A stretch of 64,000 nucleotides of DNA from positions 64,001-128,000 of the forward strand of contig CBDVDR010000002.1 of NCBI GenBank assembly GCA_965372795.1, in the 5' to 3' direction. Each line of letters opens with the position of its first letter. Position 1 is the first letter of the stretch. The notes under the pieces are model-generated. The model was not told the origin of the DNA, ran no database searches, and saw only the letters and a list, made by a program, of their open reading frames with translations. Origin of the DNA: an uncultured bacterium (lineage in GTDB: Bacteria; Zixibacteria; MSB-5A5; GN15; FEB-12). Both the position numbers and the translations under genes were made by a program. Of the stretch, positions 1 to 9,677 are shown piece by piece.

Positions 1-461
1 ATCACTACCGCCGCTTCAAGTTCAAAATCAAGTTTATCAAAATGATCTTTTTCAAAAATAAGTTCGCCTTCGCCAACAGTCGCATTATGATTGGTGAAAT
101 AAAATACCGGATACTGATCAAACTCAGGAATCATATCAACCCCCCGATTCCTTCGGGCGGTAGCCACATGCTGACGGAACGCATAAGCATCCCGACACGA
201 GGTCGGATGAGGTACCGGTGCCAGCATCTTCGAAATCTGTCCGCTCTCAACCCTCGTTACCGTATCAGCCGATAATATTTTATCCTGAACCTGGGCTGCC
301 AGTGCCATCAATTCTTCGCCGCCCGCAAGCAGACATTTCATAGTCGAAGGGAATGAAATTGAAAATGATTCGGCGCTGTCTTTTAAATCATATATCTTAT
401 CATTTATAAATAAGCCTAATCGTTCTTCGTGATTATTGTTCTGGTAAGAGAGAAACTTCAT
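1..461 (-). CDS. Fumarylacetoacetate hydrolase family protein (3' end runs off the window; missing from the ORF track)
   Basis: Manual translation from ATG at 461: MKFLSYQNN...LAPVPHPTSCRDAYAFRQHVATARRNRG...YPVFYFTNH...LDFELEAAVV, with FAH-family motifs (RDxYAFxxH, LDFELE). Last gene of the hppD-hmgA operon. Confidence 0.9.
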   Translation of the reverse strand, partial: MKFLSYQNNNHEERLGLFINDKIYDLKDSAESFSISFPSTMKCLLAGGEELMALAAQVQDKILSADTVTRVESGQISKMLAPVPHPTSCRDAYAFRQHVATARRNRGVDMIPEFDQYPVFYFTNHNATVGEGELIFEKDHFDKLDFELEAAVV

Positions 462-1596
462 TATTAGTATCCTTTTTTTCATCAGAAGCATGCCTTTTAT
501 TTAAAAGCAGCTTGTAAACTTCTTCAATTATTGTAATGGCAAACTCGGTCTCATCAATCGTCCCCGAATTTATCCGCACTCCATTCGGAATCCCGAACGA
601 ATTAACATGTCTCAAAATCAAACCGCGATTCAAACACTCGGTATAAAAATCTCCGGCAAACGCTTCATCAGGGAAAATCATCATAAAGAAATTCCCCCAG
701 CTCGGAGCGTATCTAATCCCAATCTTTTTAAAGCAATCTTCAAACATCTTTAGCGATTTCTTATTGGTTGCAATAGTTAGCTTTAGAAACTCATCATCAG
801 ACAAAGCCGCTATCGCCGCCTGTTGCGCCGGAAGATTCGGCTCAAAGGGGAGACGTAATTTATAAAGATGATCAATCAAATATTTTGGTCCAAAAGCAAA
901 CCCGATTCGAATCCCGCCCAGACCGTAAATTTTTGAAAACGTCCGCAAAACAACCATATTGTCAAATTCATAAGTCGCCCCGTCCGGATATTCCGGGTCA
1001 ACATCAGCATAAGAGTAATAGGCTTCATCAAGGATGACTAAAATATTATTTGGAATCGAAGCCATAAAAGCTTCAAACTCTTTTCTTTTAAAAATTGTCC
1101 CGGTCGGATTATTCGGGTTTGCCAGATAAATAAATCTGGTCTTGGATGTAATAGCATTTTTGATTCCATCAAGATCATAACAGAAATCTTTCAACGGCAC
1201 CAACTTTAAACTTCTTCCAAGCTTGTTGGCATTCACAAAAATCCCGATAAAGGTTCCCTCCGAGGTTACAATCTCATCACCTTCATTTGAAAAGGCTGCG
1301 ATTACATCGGCAAGGAGCGAATCGGTTCCGTGCCCCGCAATAACACTCGTTTTACGAAGCTTATATTTCTTAGCAATAGCGCTGACCAGATCATATGAAA
1401 CCGGATCAACATAACGGTGAACCTGATCCATACATTTTTTCCCCGCCTCAATTGCCTTAGGCGAGGGACCCAATGGATTTTCATTGGAGGCTAATTTTAC
1501 GATTTTGGTTAATTTCTTCTCACGGGCTAATTCTTCAATCGGTTTACCTGATTTATAAGGTTTGAGCATGCGGATGTGTTTTGGTACGTTTATCAT
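433..1596 (-). CDS. hisC: Class I/II PLP aminotransferase (HisC family), probably acting as aromatic amino acid aminotransferase
   Basis: KLASNENPLG, NPNNPTG, DEAY and RTFSKIYGLGGIRIG motifs. The start at 1596 overlaps the hmgA stop (ATGA). Confidence 0.85.
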   Translation of the reverse strand: MINVPKHIRMLKPYKSGKPIEELAREKKLTKIVKLASNENPLGPSPKAIEAGKKCMDQVHRYVDPVSYDLVSAIAKKYKLRKTSVIAGHGTDSLLADVIAAFSNEGDEIVTSEGTFIGIFVNANKLGRSLKLVPLKDFCYDLDGIKNAITSKTRFIYLANPNNPTGTIFKRKEFEAFMASIPNNILVILDEAYYSYADVDPEYPDGATYEFDNMVVLRTFSKIYGLGGIRIGFAFGPKYLIDHLYKLRLPFEPNLPAQQAAIAALSDDEFLKLTIATNKKSLKMFEDCFKKIGIRYAPSWGNFFMMIFPDEAFAGDFYTECLNRGLILRHVNSFGIPNGVRINSGTIDETEFAITIIEEVYKLLLNKRHASDEKKDTNNEVSLLPEQ

Positions 1597-2756
1597 TTTT
1601 CCAACCATGATTTTGAGTAATTTTCATCAATTGTCTTTTTGACATTCATAGTCGGAAGGAGAGGTGCAAAGGTATCGACCATCACAGCCCACTCATTGGT
1701 CTCTTTGGCGCCAACCGAATCTTCCGTCCTGCCCGGTTGCGGACCATGAGGCATTCCCGATGGATGTAAAGTTATCGAGCCTTCCTGTACCCCTTTCCGA
1801 GACATGAAGTCACCCTCTACATAATAGAGAACTTCATCGCTGTCAATATTGGAATGGAAATAAGGTGCCGGAATTGCATCAGGATGGAAATCAAATGGTC
1901 TTGGCACAAAATTACAAATCACAAAATGCTCGGTGACCCAGGCAAGGTGCACCGGCGGCGGTAAATGGATTCTGGCGACTTTGGCATGGTAATTCTTGAT
2001 ATTAAATGCATAAGGATACAAATACCCGTCCCAGCCAATAACATCAAACGGATGATGAGGGGAGATATGCTCAAAAAAACGGTCGCCCGCTTTCACAATT
2101 ATCTCAAAATCACCCTTTTCATCAATCGGCTCAAAATATTCAGGCAGTTTAAAATCACGCTCCGAATAAGGCGCGTGTTCTTCCATCTGACCATAATTAT
2201 TATGGAAATGATTAGGTATCTCAAACGGCGTTGATGATTCCACAATCAACAGTTTATTATTTTTATAATTATCAAACTTCATCTGATAAGTTGTTGTGCG
2301 GGGCACTATTATCTGGTCACCTTCGACGAATTTTAGTTTCCCGTACTCGGAAATAAATTCTCCTGAACCATGATGAATAAAAATATACTCACTCGCATAA
2401 GCATTACGGTAAAACCTCTCCGTAGCTTCGGTCACTTTAGCCGTCAGCATCGTACAATGACTATTGGTCAAATACCTTTCCCGCGATGAAATAAAATCAC
2501 CCTGCTGATCAAGCTTTTCTGTAAAACAATGATAATAATTTACTTCCGCTTCTGACCAGCTATCATCTTTCCCTAAGGCTAATTCCTTGACACTTTTCAA
2601 TGCCGTCGGCAGATAAATATGATACTTAGTCGAATAAATCCCCGAGAAACCCTTGCTCGAAACTAACTCTTCCCGATAAAGTGACTTCCCGTCATCCTTA
2701 TAAAAGGTCGTATGTTTTACTTTGGGAATCTTTCCCAATTTATGATAAAATGGCAT
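1593..2756 (-). CDS. hmgA: Homogentisate 1,2-dioxygenase
   Basis: HPFDVIGWDG, HLPPPVH, PYFHSNIDSDEVLYY and SITLHPSGMPHGPQPG motifs. Adjacent to hppD. Confidence 0.95.
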   Translation of the reverse strand: MPFYHKLGKIPKVKHTTFYKDDGKSLYREELVSSKGFSGIYSTKYHIYLPTALKSVKELALGKDDSWSEAEVNYYHCFTEKLDQQGDFISSRERYLTNSHCTMLTAKVTEATERFYRNAYASEYIFIHHGSGEFISEYGKLKFVEGDQIIVPRTTTYQMKFDNYKNNKLLIVESSTPFEIPNHFHNNYGQMEEHAPYSERDFKLPEYFEPIDEKGDFEIIVKAGDRFFEHISPHHPFDVIGWDGYLYPYAFNIKNYHAKVARIHLPPPVHLAWVTEHFVICNFVPRPFDFHPDAIPAPYFHSNIDSDEVLYYVEGDFMSRKGVQEGSITLHPSGMPHGPQPGRTEDSVGAKETNEWAVMVDTFAPLLPTMNVKKTIDENYSKSWLEK

Positions 2757-2777
2757 TATTAAATCCTTTTAAATGTT

Positions 2778-3917
2778 TTAACAGGGGGGAAGAACGTCTT
2801 CCGGTTTCAAACCCAAATTACCGCGAAGTTTTTGATCTAACTCGATAGATTCAAACAGAGACTGGAAATTCCCTTTCCCAAATCCCATCGAATTTCCTTT
2901 ACGTGAAATAAATTCAAAAAAGAATGTCGGTCGGTCCCCAATCGGTTTGGTGAACAACTGCAACAGATACCCATCCGATTCCTTATCACATAAAATCCCT
3001 AACTTCTGAAGGTCATCGATGCTTTCTTCAATATTCAAATCCTCACGCGCCCGAAGCATATCAAAATAAGTGTCCGGGATATGTAAAAACTCAACTCCGT
3101 TTTTGCGAAGAGCGCTGATTGTCTTGACAATATCATGAGTCCACACCGCCACATGCTGAATCCCCGAACCATAATACTGCTCAATATATTCTTCGATTTG
3201 TGATTTTTTGATCCCCGAATATGGCTCATTAATAGGGTTCTTAATCTTAAAATCTTTAGTCCGAACCACTTTGGAAAGCAACGCCGAGTATTTGGTCCCG
3301 ATATCCCCGGGTCCAAAATCCACAAAGGTCTCAAAATTCATCGTCTTATTAAAATAATCCGCCCACATATTCATCTCGTTCTCACGAACATTCCCAACAA
3401 TATGATCAATCCCCATAATACCCGTATCTTCCGATTTAATCTCAATCTTCTGAATCGGTTCACAATATTGAGGTTTAAAAATATAATCATAGTTATCATA
3501 GTTGATATAAACTATCTCAGAATCATCATAAATCCGAATCGCCGCTTCCATCACATAACCATGAGTATCCTCGATCTTCTCAGGACGTTTCACCATGATT
3601 GCCCCGTGCGAAGTCGCATAATTAAACGCCTGTTCAACATCATCAACCTCAATCGCCCATCGTTTCACCCCATCGCCATGACGGGTAACAAAATTTGAAA
3701 CCTCATAATTATCCGGCTGAACCGCCGAAGTTATAACAAACTTCAGATTGTTTTTGGTCAAATAATAAGAAATCCGGTCGCGTACTCCGGTTTCAGGACC
3801 CATATATCCGGTTATCTCAAGCCCCAACGCTTTGGCAAACCAGTAGGCGGTCATCTTTGCCGAACCGACATAAAACTCGATATAATCGTATTTTCTGATA
3901 TTTAATTGGTCAGACAT
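2778..3917 (-). CDS. hppD: 4-hydroxyphenylpyruvate dioxygenase
   Basis: IDHIVGNV, GIQHVA, YLLQLFTKPIGDRPTFFFEFI and GFGKGNF motifs. Confidence 0.96.
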   Translation of the reverse strand: MSDQLNIRKYDYIEFYVGSAKMTAYWFAKALGLEITGYMGPETGVRDRISYYLTKNNLKFVITSAVQPDNYEVSNFVTRHGDGVKRWAIEVDDVEQAFNYATSHGAIMVKRPEKIEDTHGYVMEAAIRIYDDSEIVYINYDNYDYIFKPQYCEPIQKIEIKSEDTGIMGIDHIVGNVRENEMNMWADYFNKTMNFETFVDFGPGDIGTKYSALLSKVVRTKDFKIKNPINEPYSGIKKSQIEEYIEQYYGSGIQHVAVWTHDIVKTISALRKNGVEFLHIPDTYFDMLRAREDLNIEESIDDLQKLGILCDKESDGYLLQLFTKPIGDRPTFFFEFISRKGNSMGFGKGNFQSLFESIELDQKLRGNLGLKPEDVLPPC

Positions 3918-3943
3918 AACTCCCTCTATGTTTTAATTCTCTA

Positions 3944-3980
3944 ATTATACTTTAAATCTAGAATTTAATTTTAAAGTATA
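3944..3980 (-). promoter_or_regulatory. Inverted-repeat operator overlapping the -10 box of the hppD promoter
   Basis: TATACTTTAAA (3946-3956) N13 TTTAAAGTATA (3970-3980). Minus-strand TATAAT at 3944-3949. Confidence 0.5.
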
Positions 3981-4150
3981 TAATTTTCTCTGATTGATAT
4001 AACAGCCTTTGACTGTTTTAGTTCAAAAATGTATCAGAAAAGTATAAAAAAGAGCCCCTCAAAGCAACGAAAACAGTAATAATAGAGCTATAAGCTCTAC
4101 GAAACTTATCTTCTATGAAACCTGCCATTTATTATTCAATTGTCTCTTGA

Positions 4151-4226
4151 GTAGGTCAGGAGCCCTGCGCTCCTGACATCTTGATTCCATTTTTTAACTG
4201 GGTAGCCCACCCCTTGGGGTGGGTTT
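4151..4226 (+). repeat. Two GTAG-led REP-like hairpins
   Basis: gtag-gtcaggag-ccctgcg-ctcctgac (~4151-4177) and gtag-cccacccc-tt-ggggtggg (~4202-4223). Confidence 0.6.
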
Positions 4227-4369
4227 CTATTCAAGCTCAAAACCCAAATATCCAAATTTCGCCAGAGAAAAACACACACAAAGTATGCGTAAGTATACGA
4301 AGTGCGTGTGCAAAATCCACATCAAATCATTGGTCATTCAAAACTCAACCCCTATTTAAAAAGGCTATC

Positions 4370-5629
4370 ATGAAAATCTTCAACCGAAAAAACAAACCAC
4401 AAAAAAACTCAATCTTAACTGACAAAAATGCCCGAATCGACCCGGTCACAACCAAAACTTTCAAACCCTTTAAAAAGTTTGAAAAATCAATCAAATTCGA
4501 ACCAAAAGATATCCATTCCGGTCGTTACAAAGTCCAACTCTACCGCTTCTTATCCGACAATATCCCCGTCGTCAACGCCTGTGTCTGGACCTGGGTTCGC
4601 CTCGCCGCCGCCAAAGGTAAATTTACAATTTCCAATAATCATAAATCATCCGACAACGTCCTTGCTTGCCTTGACGATCTCTCAAAAAACATCTATTCCA
4701 ATATCTCCGGCAACCGCACCGGACTCGTCTCGTTCTTAGTTGACCTGTTTGAATATCTTTTCCGCGATGGTTTCTTCGGCGGCATCCTGACCGTCAACCC
4801 GGACTACTCCGGCGTCGACCAGTTCATTCTCCTTGACCCTGCTAAAATTTCCCTTAATCAGGACGCTACTCCTAATAATTTACTATTAGAGAATAATGGT
4901 AAATATGTTACCCTGAACCGTCCCGATTTCTACTATATCCCTCTTAGCAACAGCCGTATCTATCCGCTCGGCCGATCAATCCTGCAAGCCATTCCGTTCA
5001 TCAGCTATATCGAGCAACAGCTTGTCGATGACATGCGCCGATCAAGTCACAACAGCGGTTTTCACAAACTCCATGTCAAAATAACTCCGCCCGAAAGATT
5101 CGCCGGTGAATCCGAAACCGGTTATGTCAACCGCATCAACAACTATTTCGATTCAACCGTCAGCATGATCAAAAGCTGCGAGGTTGACGAAAACCCCGTC
5201 ACCTGGGACAACGTCTTAATCGAATCCATCGGACCCGACAACGCCCGTTCGGTTTCCAACAGCTGGTTCATGAACCACCGTGCTATGGTCGAGGAAATCT
5301 GTGCCGGAACCAATCTCGCCCCGTTTCTGCTCGGCTATTCCTATGGCGCCACCACTACCTGGTCCGGTTTCAAATTCGACATGGTCATGCGTCAGATCAA
5401 ATCCATCCAGCATGAAATCGCCCACTTCCTCGAATGGATCGGCAATATCCATCTGGCTCTCTCAGGTTTTGATTCAAAATGTAAATTCGAATTCGACAAC
5501 ACCTTTCCATATCAGGCCAACGAAATTGCCACCGTCAAAACCTCCCAGCTTGATAACCTGCTCAAACTATATGACAAAGGCTTACTGGAAAAAGATGTCA
5601 TCTCTCAAAAAGCACAGGAGTTGATATAA
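4370..5629 (+). CDS. Phage portal-like protein
   Basis: 419 aa from ATG 4370 (AAGG upstream). LYRFLSDNIPVVNAC..., YPLGRSILQAIPF and EEICAGTNLAPFLLGYSYGATT resemble portal segments. Adjacent to the terminase. Confidence 0.75.
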   Translation: MKIFNRKNKPQKNSILTDKNARIDPVTTKTFKPFKKFEKSIKFEPKDIHSGRYKVQLYRFLSDNIPVVNACVWTWVRLAAAKGKFTISNNHKSSDNVLACLDDLSKNIYSNISGNRTGLVSFLVDLFEYLFRDGFFGGILTVNPDYSGVDQFILLDPAKISLNQDATPNNLLLENNGKYVTLNRPDFYYIPLSNSRIYPLGRSILQAIPFISYIEQQLVDDMRRSSHNSGFHKLHVKITPPERFAGESETGYVNRINNYFDSTVSMIKSCEVDENPVTWDNVLIESIGPDNARSVSNSWFMNHRAMVEEICAGTNLAPFLLGYSYGATTTWSGFKFDMVMRQIKSIQHEIAHFLEWIGNIHLALSGFDSKCKFEFDNTFPYQANEIATVKTSQLDNLLKLYDKGLLEKDVISQKAQELI

Positions 5630-6972
5630 ATAATTTAATAAATACTGTCAATTGGCACCGTTGTCTGACCGAGCCGGATTACTTTGCGAAGGAAATCCTG
5701 AATGTAACCCTGCATCCCGGGCAAAAAAAATGGCTCGAAAACTCTAACGAAAGAGAAAACCTGCTCGTCACCGGTAACCGTTGGGGCAAATCATTTGTCT
5801 GTGCCATAAAAATAATTCATCATGCCCTGTTCCGTCCGCGTAAACTGAAATATGATTACTCCGGCAGATACAAAATTGTAACCGCCTCCATCACGCAGGA
5901 TCAGGCAAATATTATTTTTACCCAGATCATTCGCTTTCTCAACAGTTCCGATTTCCTCGGATCATTGGTTGAATCGCACACTAAAACCCCGTTCCCGCGA
6001 CTGCAATTTTCAAACGGTTCCACAATTGAAGCCCGCTCAACCCAGAACAGGGGAGAGTACCTGCTCGGCAACGACTATGACCTGTTCATCTTTGATGAAG
6101 TCGCCTTTGAAGCCGACCCCGAATATGTCGTTGAAGAAATCATCCAGATGCGTCTCGCTGACCGGGAGGGCAAACTTGATCTGGTCAGCACTCCCAACGG
6201 CAAAAACTGGTTCTACAAAAAAGCTCAGGATATTCTGTCAAAAAAATTCCCCGGCTATTACCAATCCGGCGACAGCCGCGAAAATAAATATATCTCACAG
6301 GAATTCCTTAACGACCGGGTCCTTCATTTTTCCGAAAAAAGAATCCAGCAAAACATCATGGGACAATTTGTCGATACCGGCGGTGAAATCATCAAAGGTT
6401 CCCATATCGACCGGGCGCTTGAGGGGTTCGCCGATTTTAAAAATCAGCTGAATCAGATCGACCCTTTCCATATCCCATACTACCTGTCCGGCTGGGACCT
6501 CGCCCGCAAAAAAACCGCCACCGTCGGAGTTACCGTCCAGATAATCGGCGACAAAATTTATGTCGTCGATCTCGAACGCTTCAAAATGTTTGACTGGAAT
6601 GTTGTCACCGAAAAAATCCGTATCCGCCAGAGAAAATACCCCGGCCGATTGATTATTGATGCTACCGGCTTAGGCGATGTTGTCGTCGAACAATTAAGCG
6701 ACTTCAACCCCGAGCCCGTTATCTTTACACCCTCAACCAAAGCTGAAATGCTCACCAATGTTGAACTGCTCCATGCTCAAAACCGGATCTTCTACAAAAG
6801 ATGGGAGCTTCCCGACGGGGCGGGTAAAATATGGTCGCTTGAGGATGAACTTAGGCAGGCGCGGTGGGATTCTAATAATCAGTTTGATTCGTTAATGGCG
6901 TTGGCTTTGGCAGTATGGTGCCTTAGAAAAAGAGACCGAATCTCTCCGGCACCAAAATTTGGAACAATATAA
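5626..6972 (+). CDS. Terminase large subunit (ATPase plus RNase H-like nuclease), probable ATA start
   Basis: Frame is open from 5575. Q-motif HPGQ and Walker A TGNRWGKS lie upstream of the tracked TTG (5965). Also Walker B LFIFDEVAF, coupling motif STPNG and nuclease acidic motifs GWDLA, IDATGLG, FDSLMALALA. Confidence 0.9.
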   Translation: MNNLINTVNWHRCLTEPDYFAKEILNVTLHPGQKKWLENSNERENLLVTGNRWGKSFVCAIKIIHHALFRPRKLKYDYSGRYKIVTASITQDQANIIFTQIIRFLNSSDFLGSLVESHTKTPFPRLQFSNGSTIEARSTQNRGEYLLGNDYDLFIFDEVAFEADPEYVVEEIIQMRLADREGKLDLVSTPNGKNWFYKKAQDILSKKFPGYYQSGDSRENKYISQEFLNDRVLHFSEKRIQQNIMGQFVDTGGEIIKGSHIDRALEGFADFKNQLNQIDPFHIPYYLSGWDLARKKTATVGVTVQIIGDKIYVVDLERFKMFDWNVVTEKIRIRQRKYPGRLIIDATGLGDVVVEQLSDFNPEPVIFTPSTKAEMLTNVELLHAQNRIFYKRWELPDGAGKIWSLEDELRQARWDSNNQFDSLMALALAVWCLRKRDRISPAPKFGTI

Positions 6973-6978
6973 TTTATA

Positions 6979-7317
6979 TCAGGATTTTGTCTTTGTATTA
7001 GAACGAGCCATATACATAGCACTCAATCCGGCGGCCATTATAATTAATGTCCCCGGTTCCGGCACAGGTGAGGTCGGATCAGGATCTGTAGGCGGTGTCT
7101 CAGGAATTATAAGCTCATCGGTTCCTTGAGAAGTAAGCAGGTCTGATTGAGTTGTACCCTGAGTTGCGCTTTTCTGAGTTGTCTGGCTGGGGCTCTTTGA
7201 TGGTGGAATATTAACACCTTCGACCTCATCAAAAGTGATAGTCATGGCTAACACAAAAACCAGTATGGCTACAAACCATTTAAGGGGCTGAGTTGCATTT
7301 CTTTTATAAACTGTCAT
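6979..7317 (-). CDS. Small PEP-CTERM sorting-domain protein
   Basis: N-terminal hydrophobic segment, S/T/P/Q-rich linker and C-terminal VPEPGTLIIMAAGLSAMYMAR with basic tail. AAGGA precedes ATG 7317. Confidence 0.85.
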   Translation of the reverse strand: MTVYKRNATQPLKWFVAILVFVLAMTITFDEVEGVNIPPSKSPSQTTQKSATQGTTQSDLLTSQGTDELIIPETPPTDPDPTSPVPEPGTLIIMAAGLSAMYMARSNTKTKS

Positions 7318-7356
7318 TTTCTTAATCCTTATTTTATTGTCTTCAAGCCATATTAA

Positions 7357-7372
7357 AGCAAAGTCTGTGCCT
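7357..7372 (-). promoter_or_regulatory. Sigma54 (-24/-12) promoter of the PEP-CTERM gene
   Basis: Minus strand aGGCACagactTTGCt = GG-N10-GC, 40 nt upstream of the ATG. Confidence 0.65.
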
Positions 7373-7555
7373 CTTGAGTTTATATTTATATAACTCATAT
7401 AAGAGTTTATGCCTCAACAACATAAATTCAACTAAAAAATATAAAATTATCTATGCTGCAAAACATATAGGTAATCCATTGCGCAAAAAAAACGTAACAA
7501 TAATGGTCTTTTATAAACCGTCCCTAATTAATAAAAACACTAACCGGGAGAATAT

Positions 7556-8962
7556 ATGACTGAAATATTAGGCAAAATTACTGCCCAATTAGCCGATTCA
7601 ACCGATTCTATGAAAACCATTGAACTGGTTGACCTCATAAATAACAATATAAATCCACCCCAAAAAGTTACTCCTGATGATATCCATATCAGAGCCATGT
7701 ATATTGCCTCTGACCAAATCAACAGTTTTGGAGGAAGGTTCCCTGTTGAAGAACTTACTAACTTGTCCGGATTACTGATTGACTCACCCGTTTTAGTAGG
7801 ACATCGTAAAGATAAATTACCGATTGGGCGTAATTTCCATGCCATCACCGAAGTCAAAAACAATAAAAACTGGGTCAAATCATATTTCTACTGGCTCAAA
7901 TCTGCCGATCAGTCAGAAAACCTGAAACAAAACATAGATGGGGGTATTTATAAAGAATGCTCAATCGGCTTTACTTTCCATTTTGCCGAATGTTCCGTCT
8001 GTGGAAAAGATATCAGAACCTGCTCCCATGAACCGCTCCAAAAGATTTCTAACCGGTCGGTCTATTTTAATTACCGCAAAATCGGAAAAGTCTTGGAAAC
8101 TTCCTTAGTCTATCGCGGGGCGGTACCAAACACTTCCGTCACCAAAGATTTACAGATTGATTATGATAAAACCCTCCGGTTAATCAACCCCGACAATTTT
8201 AAAGATTCCCGGTATCTGATAACCCCGCTGTACGATGGCATCATCCTGTCGGTCTCCAATGAAAATTCAAAACTGATCTTCAAAAACCTCGATGGAACCA
8301 GGCTTATCTCATCCCGTTTAAGTCTGCTCGAAAATCTGAACCTCCCGAATCTGAAAAATAAATTCGGGCTTCTGGTCGGTTATCGGGGGAAAGAAAGATG
8401 CTCCGCCCACCAGCTTGAACGATACTTGAAAAAAATATCCTCTCCCGTGACCCATCTCGAATTTAAAATTATTCCCCACGAAGTTGAAAGCACGCCAGAA
8501 ATTTCCCATGAATCTCTAAAAGATAAAATTAAACCGATCAAACATCACTGGGCAAAAAAAGATGAAATCCTCATAACCTGTAAAAAAATATCAACCAAAG
8601 CAGGCGTTAAAATATGGAACGAATCCCGATTACTGCCTGACTTTACCGGACACACCTTTAAACCTGATAAAGTAAATCAAAATCAAAAAGTAAACTGCTC
8701 CTACGACCCGACGAGTACAAAATTAAAAATCAATCACAACGGCACACCGCATTGTTTCCATATAAATAAATTAAACCTGAAAAGTTTATTGAATGGAATA
8801 AAATTTATTGCTACCCCGAGTTCCGAATTGGTAGAAACGATGCCTCACGAATTAAATCTTGAAGGACATCTCAACGGCAAATTTCTACTCCGTCCGATAC
8901 GAATAAAACAAAAACAACTGTTTCTGTTTTACAAAGCCGTCGCTTCTATTCCCCAAGGCTAA
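7556..8962 (+). CDS. Prohead (capsid maturation) protease-like domain with Zn-finger insert, plus a ~270 aa C-terminal extension
   Basis: H83 (VLVGH), S136 (KECSIGF) and E181 (LETSLV) fit the HK97-type protease pattern. CSVCG...CSH insert. RBS GGGAG. Confidence 0.7.
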   Translation: MTEILGKITAQLADSTDSMKTIELVDLINNNINPPQKVTPDDIHIRAMYIASDQINSFGGRFPVEELTNLSGLLIDSPVLVGHRKDKLPIGRNFHAITEVKNNKNWVKSYFYWLKSADQSENLKQNIDGGIYKECSIGFTFHFAECSVCGKDIRTCSHEPLQKISNRSVYFNYRKIGKVLETSLVYRGAVPNTSVTKDLQIDYDKTLRLINPDNFKDSRYLITPLYDGIILSVSNENSKLIFKNLDGTRLISSRLSLLENLNLPNLKNKFGLLVGYRGKERCSAHQLERYLKKISSPVTHLEFKIIPHEVESTPEISHESLKDKIKPIKHHWAKKDEILITCKKISTKAGVKIWNESRLLPDFTGHTFKPDKVNQNQKVNCSYDPTSTKLKINHNGTPHCFHINKLNLKSLLNGIKFIATPSSELVETMPHELNLEGHLNGKFLLRPIRIKQKQLFLFYKAVASIPQG

Positions 8963-9677
8963 GGGTGTCGATCAAACTAAGAGTCCGCTTAAGCGGACCA
9001 CCCGATATATTTTGCTGAACCAAGCCGAGATGAGGTGCATAATATTCACGGATTTTTATTACCGGAGTTCCGCTGTAATCATTTTCAAAAAGATCAACAT
9101 CAAAGCGATAGGTGTCGAACTCTCCGGCGGGAACCTGAAGCCGCTCTATCCCGATAAACCGCTTTTGGAAATGGAAACCAAAATATGAATTATAAAAAAT
9201 TCTGGTGCTGTCGCCGGCGGCGGGAGGGTAGTAGCCCGTCCAGGTTGTGTCTTCAACTATAAATCTTGGAATAATCATAGGGGGAACTGAAAAATATACT
9301 AATGAATCAAGATCATTATTCTTCGTCCAATAGCCATTCTGAAGGATCGAAAATTCACTCACCTTATAATTACTCATCGGCGTACCGTTTTTTTTGATTA
9401 TCCAATCGGTGTTGGAACCGCTGAAACCAATATTGAGAAAGGAAGTTATAACATTTACATCATAAACATCATCAAGGGTCGTCACCGTATCAATCTGCAT
9501 ATAACTGAAAGTCCTGCTGTTGGCTAAACCTAACAAACTCAACCCATCAGGATATTCCGACTCAATCGGATCATCATCCAGGTTAGTGTCGGTAATTAGA
9601 ACATTATCTTCACTGCAGCCCCAGATTATAAGGAACGCTAAGATACAAACTATAAAAGCTGAATATTTCCTAAACAT
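8946..9677 (-). CDS. Lipoprotein of unknown function
   Basis: Lipobox IIWGC after a hydrophobic stretch. C-terminal VPAGEF...YYAPHLGLV motif typical of beta-sheet lipoproteins. GGAGG RBS. Confidence 0.7.
   Translation of the reverse strand: MFRKYSAFIVCILAFLIIWGCSEDNVLITDTNLDDDPIESEYPDGLSLLGLANSRTFSYMQIDTVTTLDDVYDVNVITSFLNIGFSGSNTDWIIKKNGTPMSNYKVSEFSILQNGYWTKNNDLDSLVYFSVPPMIIPRFIVEDTTWTGYYPPAAGDSTRIFYNSYFGFHFQKRFIGIERLQVPAGEFDTYRFDVDLFENDYSGTPVIKIREYYAPHLGLVQQNISGGPLKRTLSLIDTLSLGE

Noticed and set aside
4181..4369. N-terminal extension of the portal ORF from TTG 4181
   Set aside because: It runs through REP hairpins and lacks an RBS. ATG 4370 is the better start.
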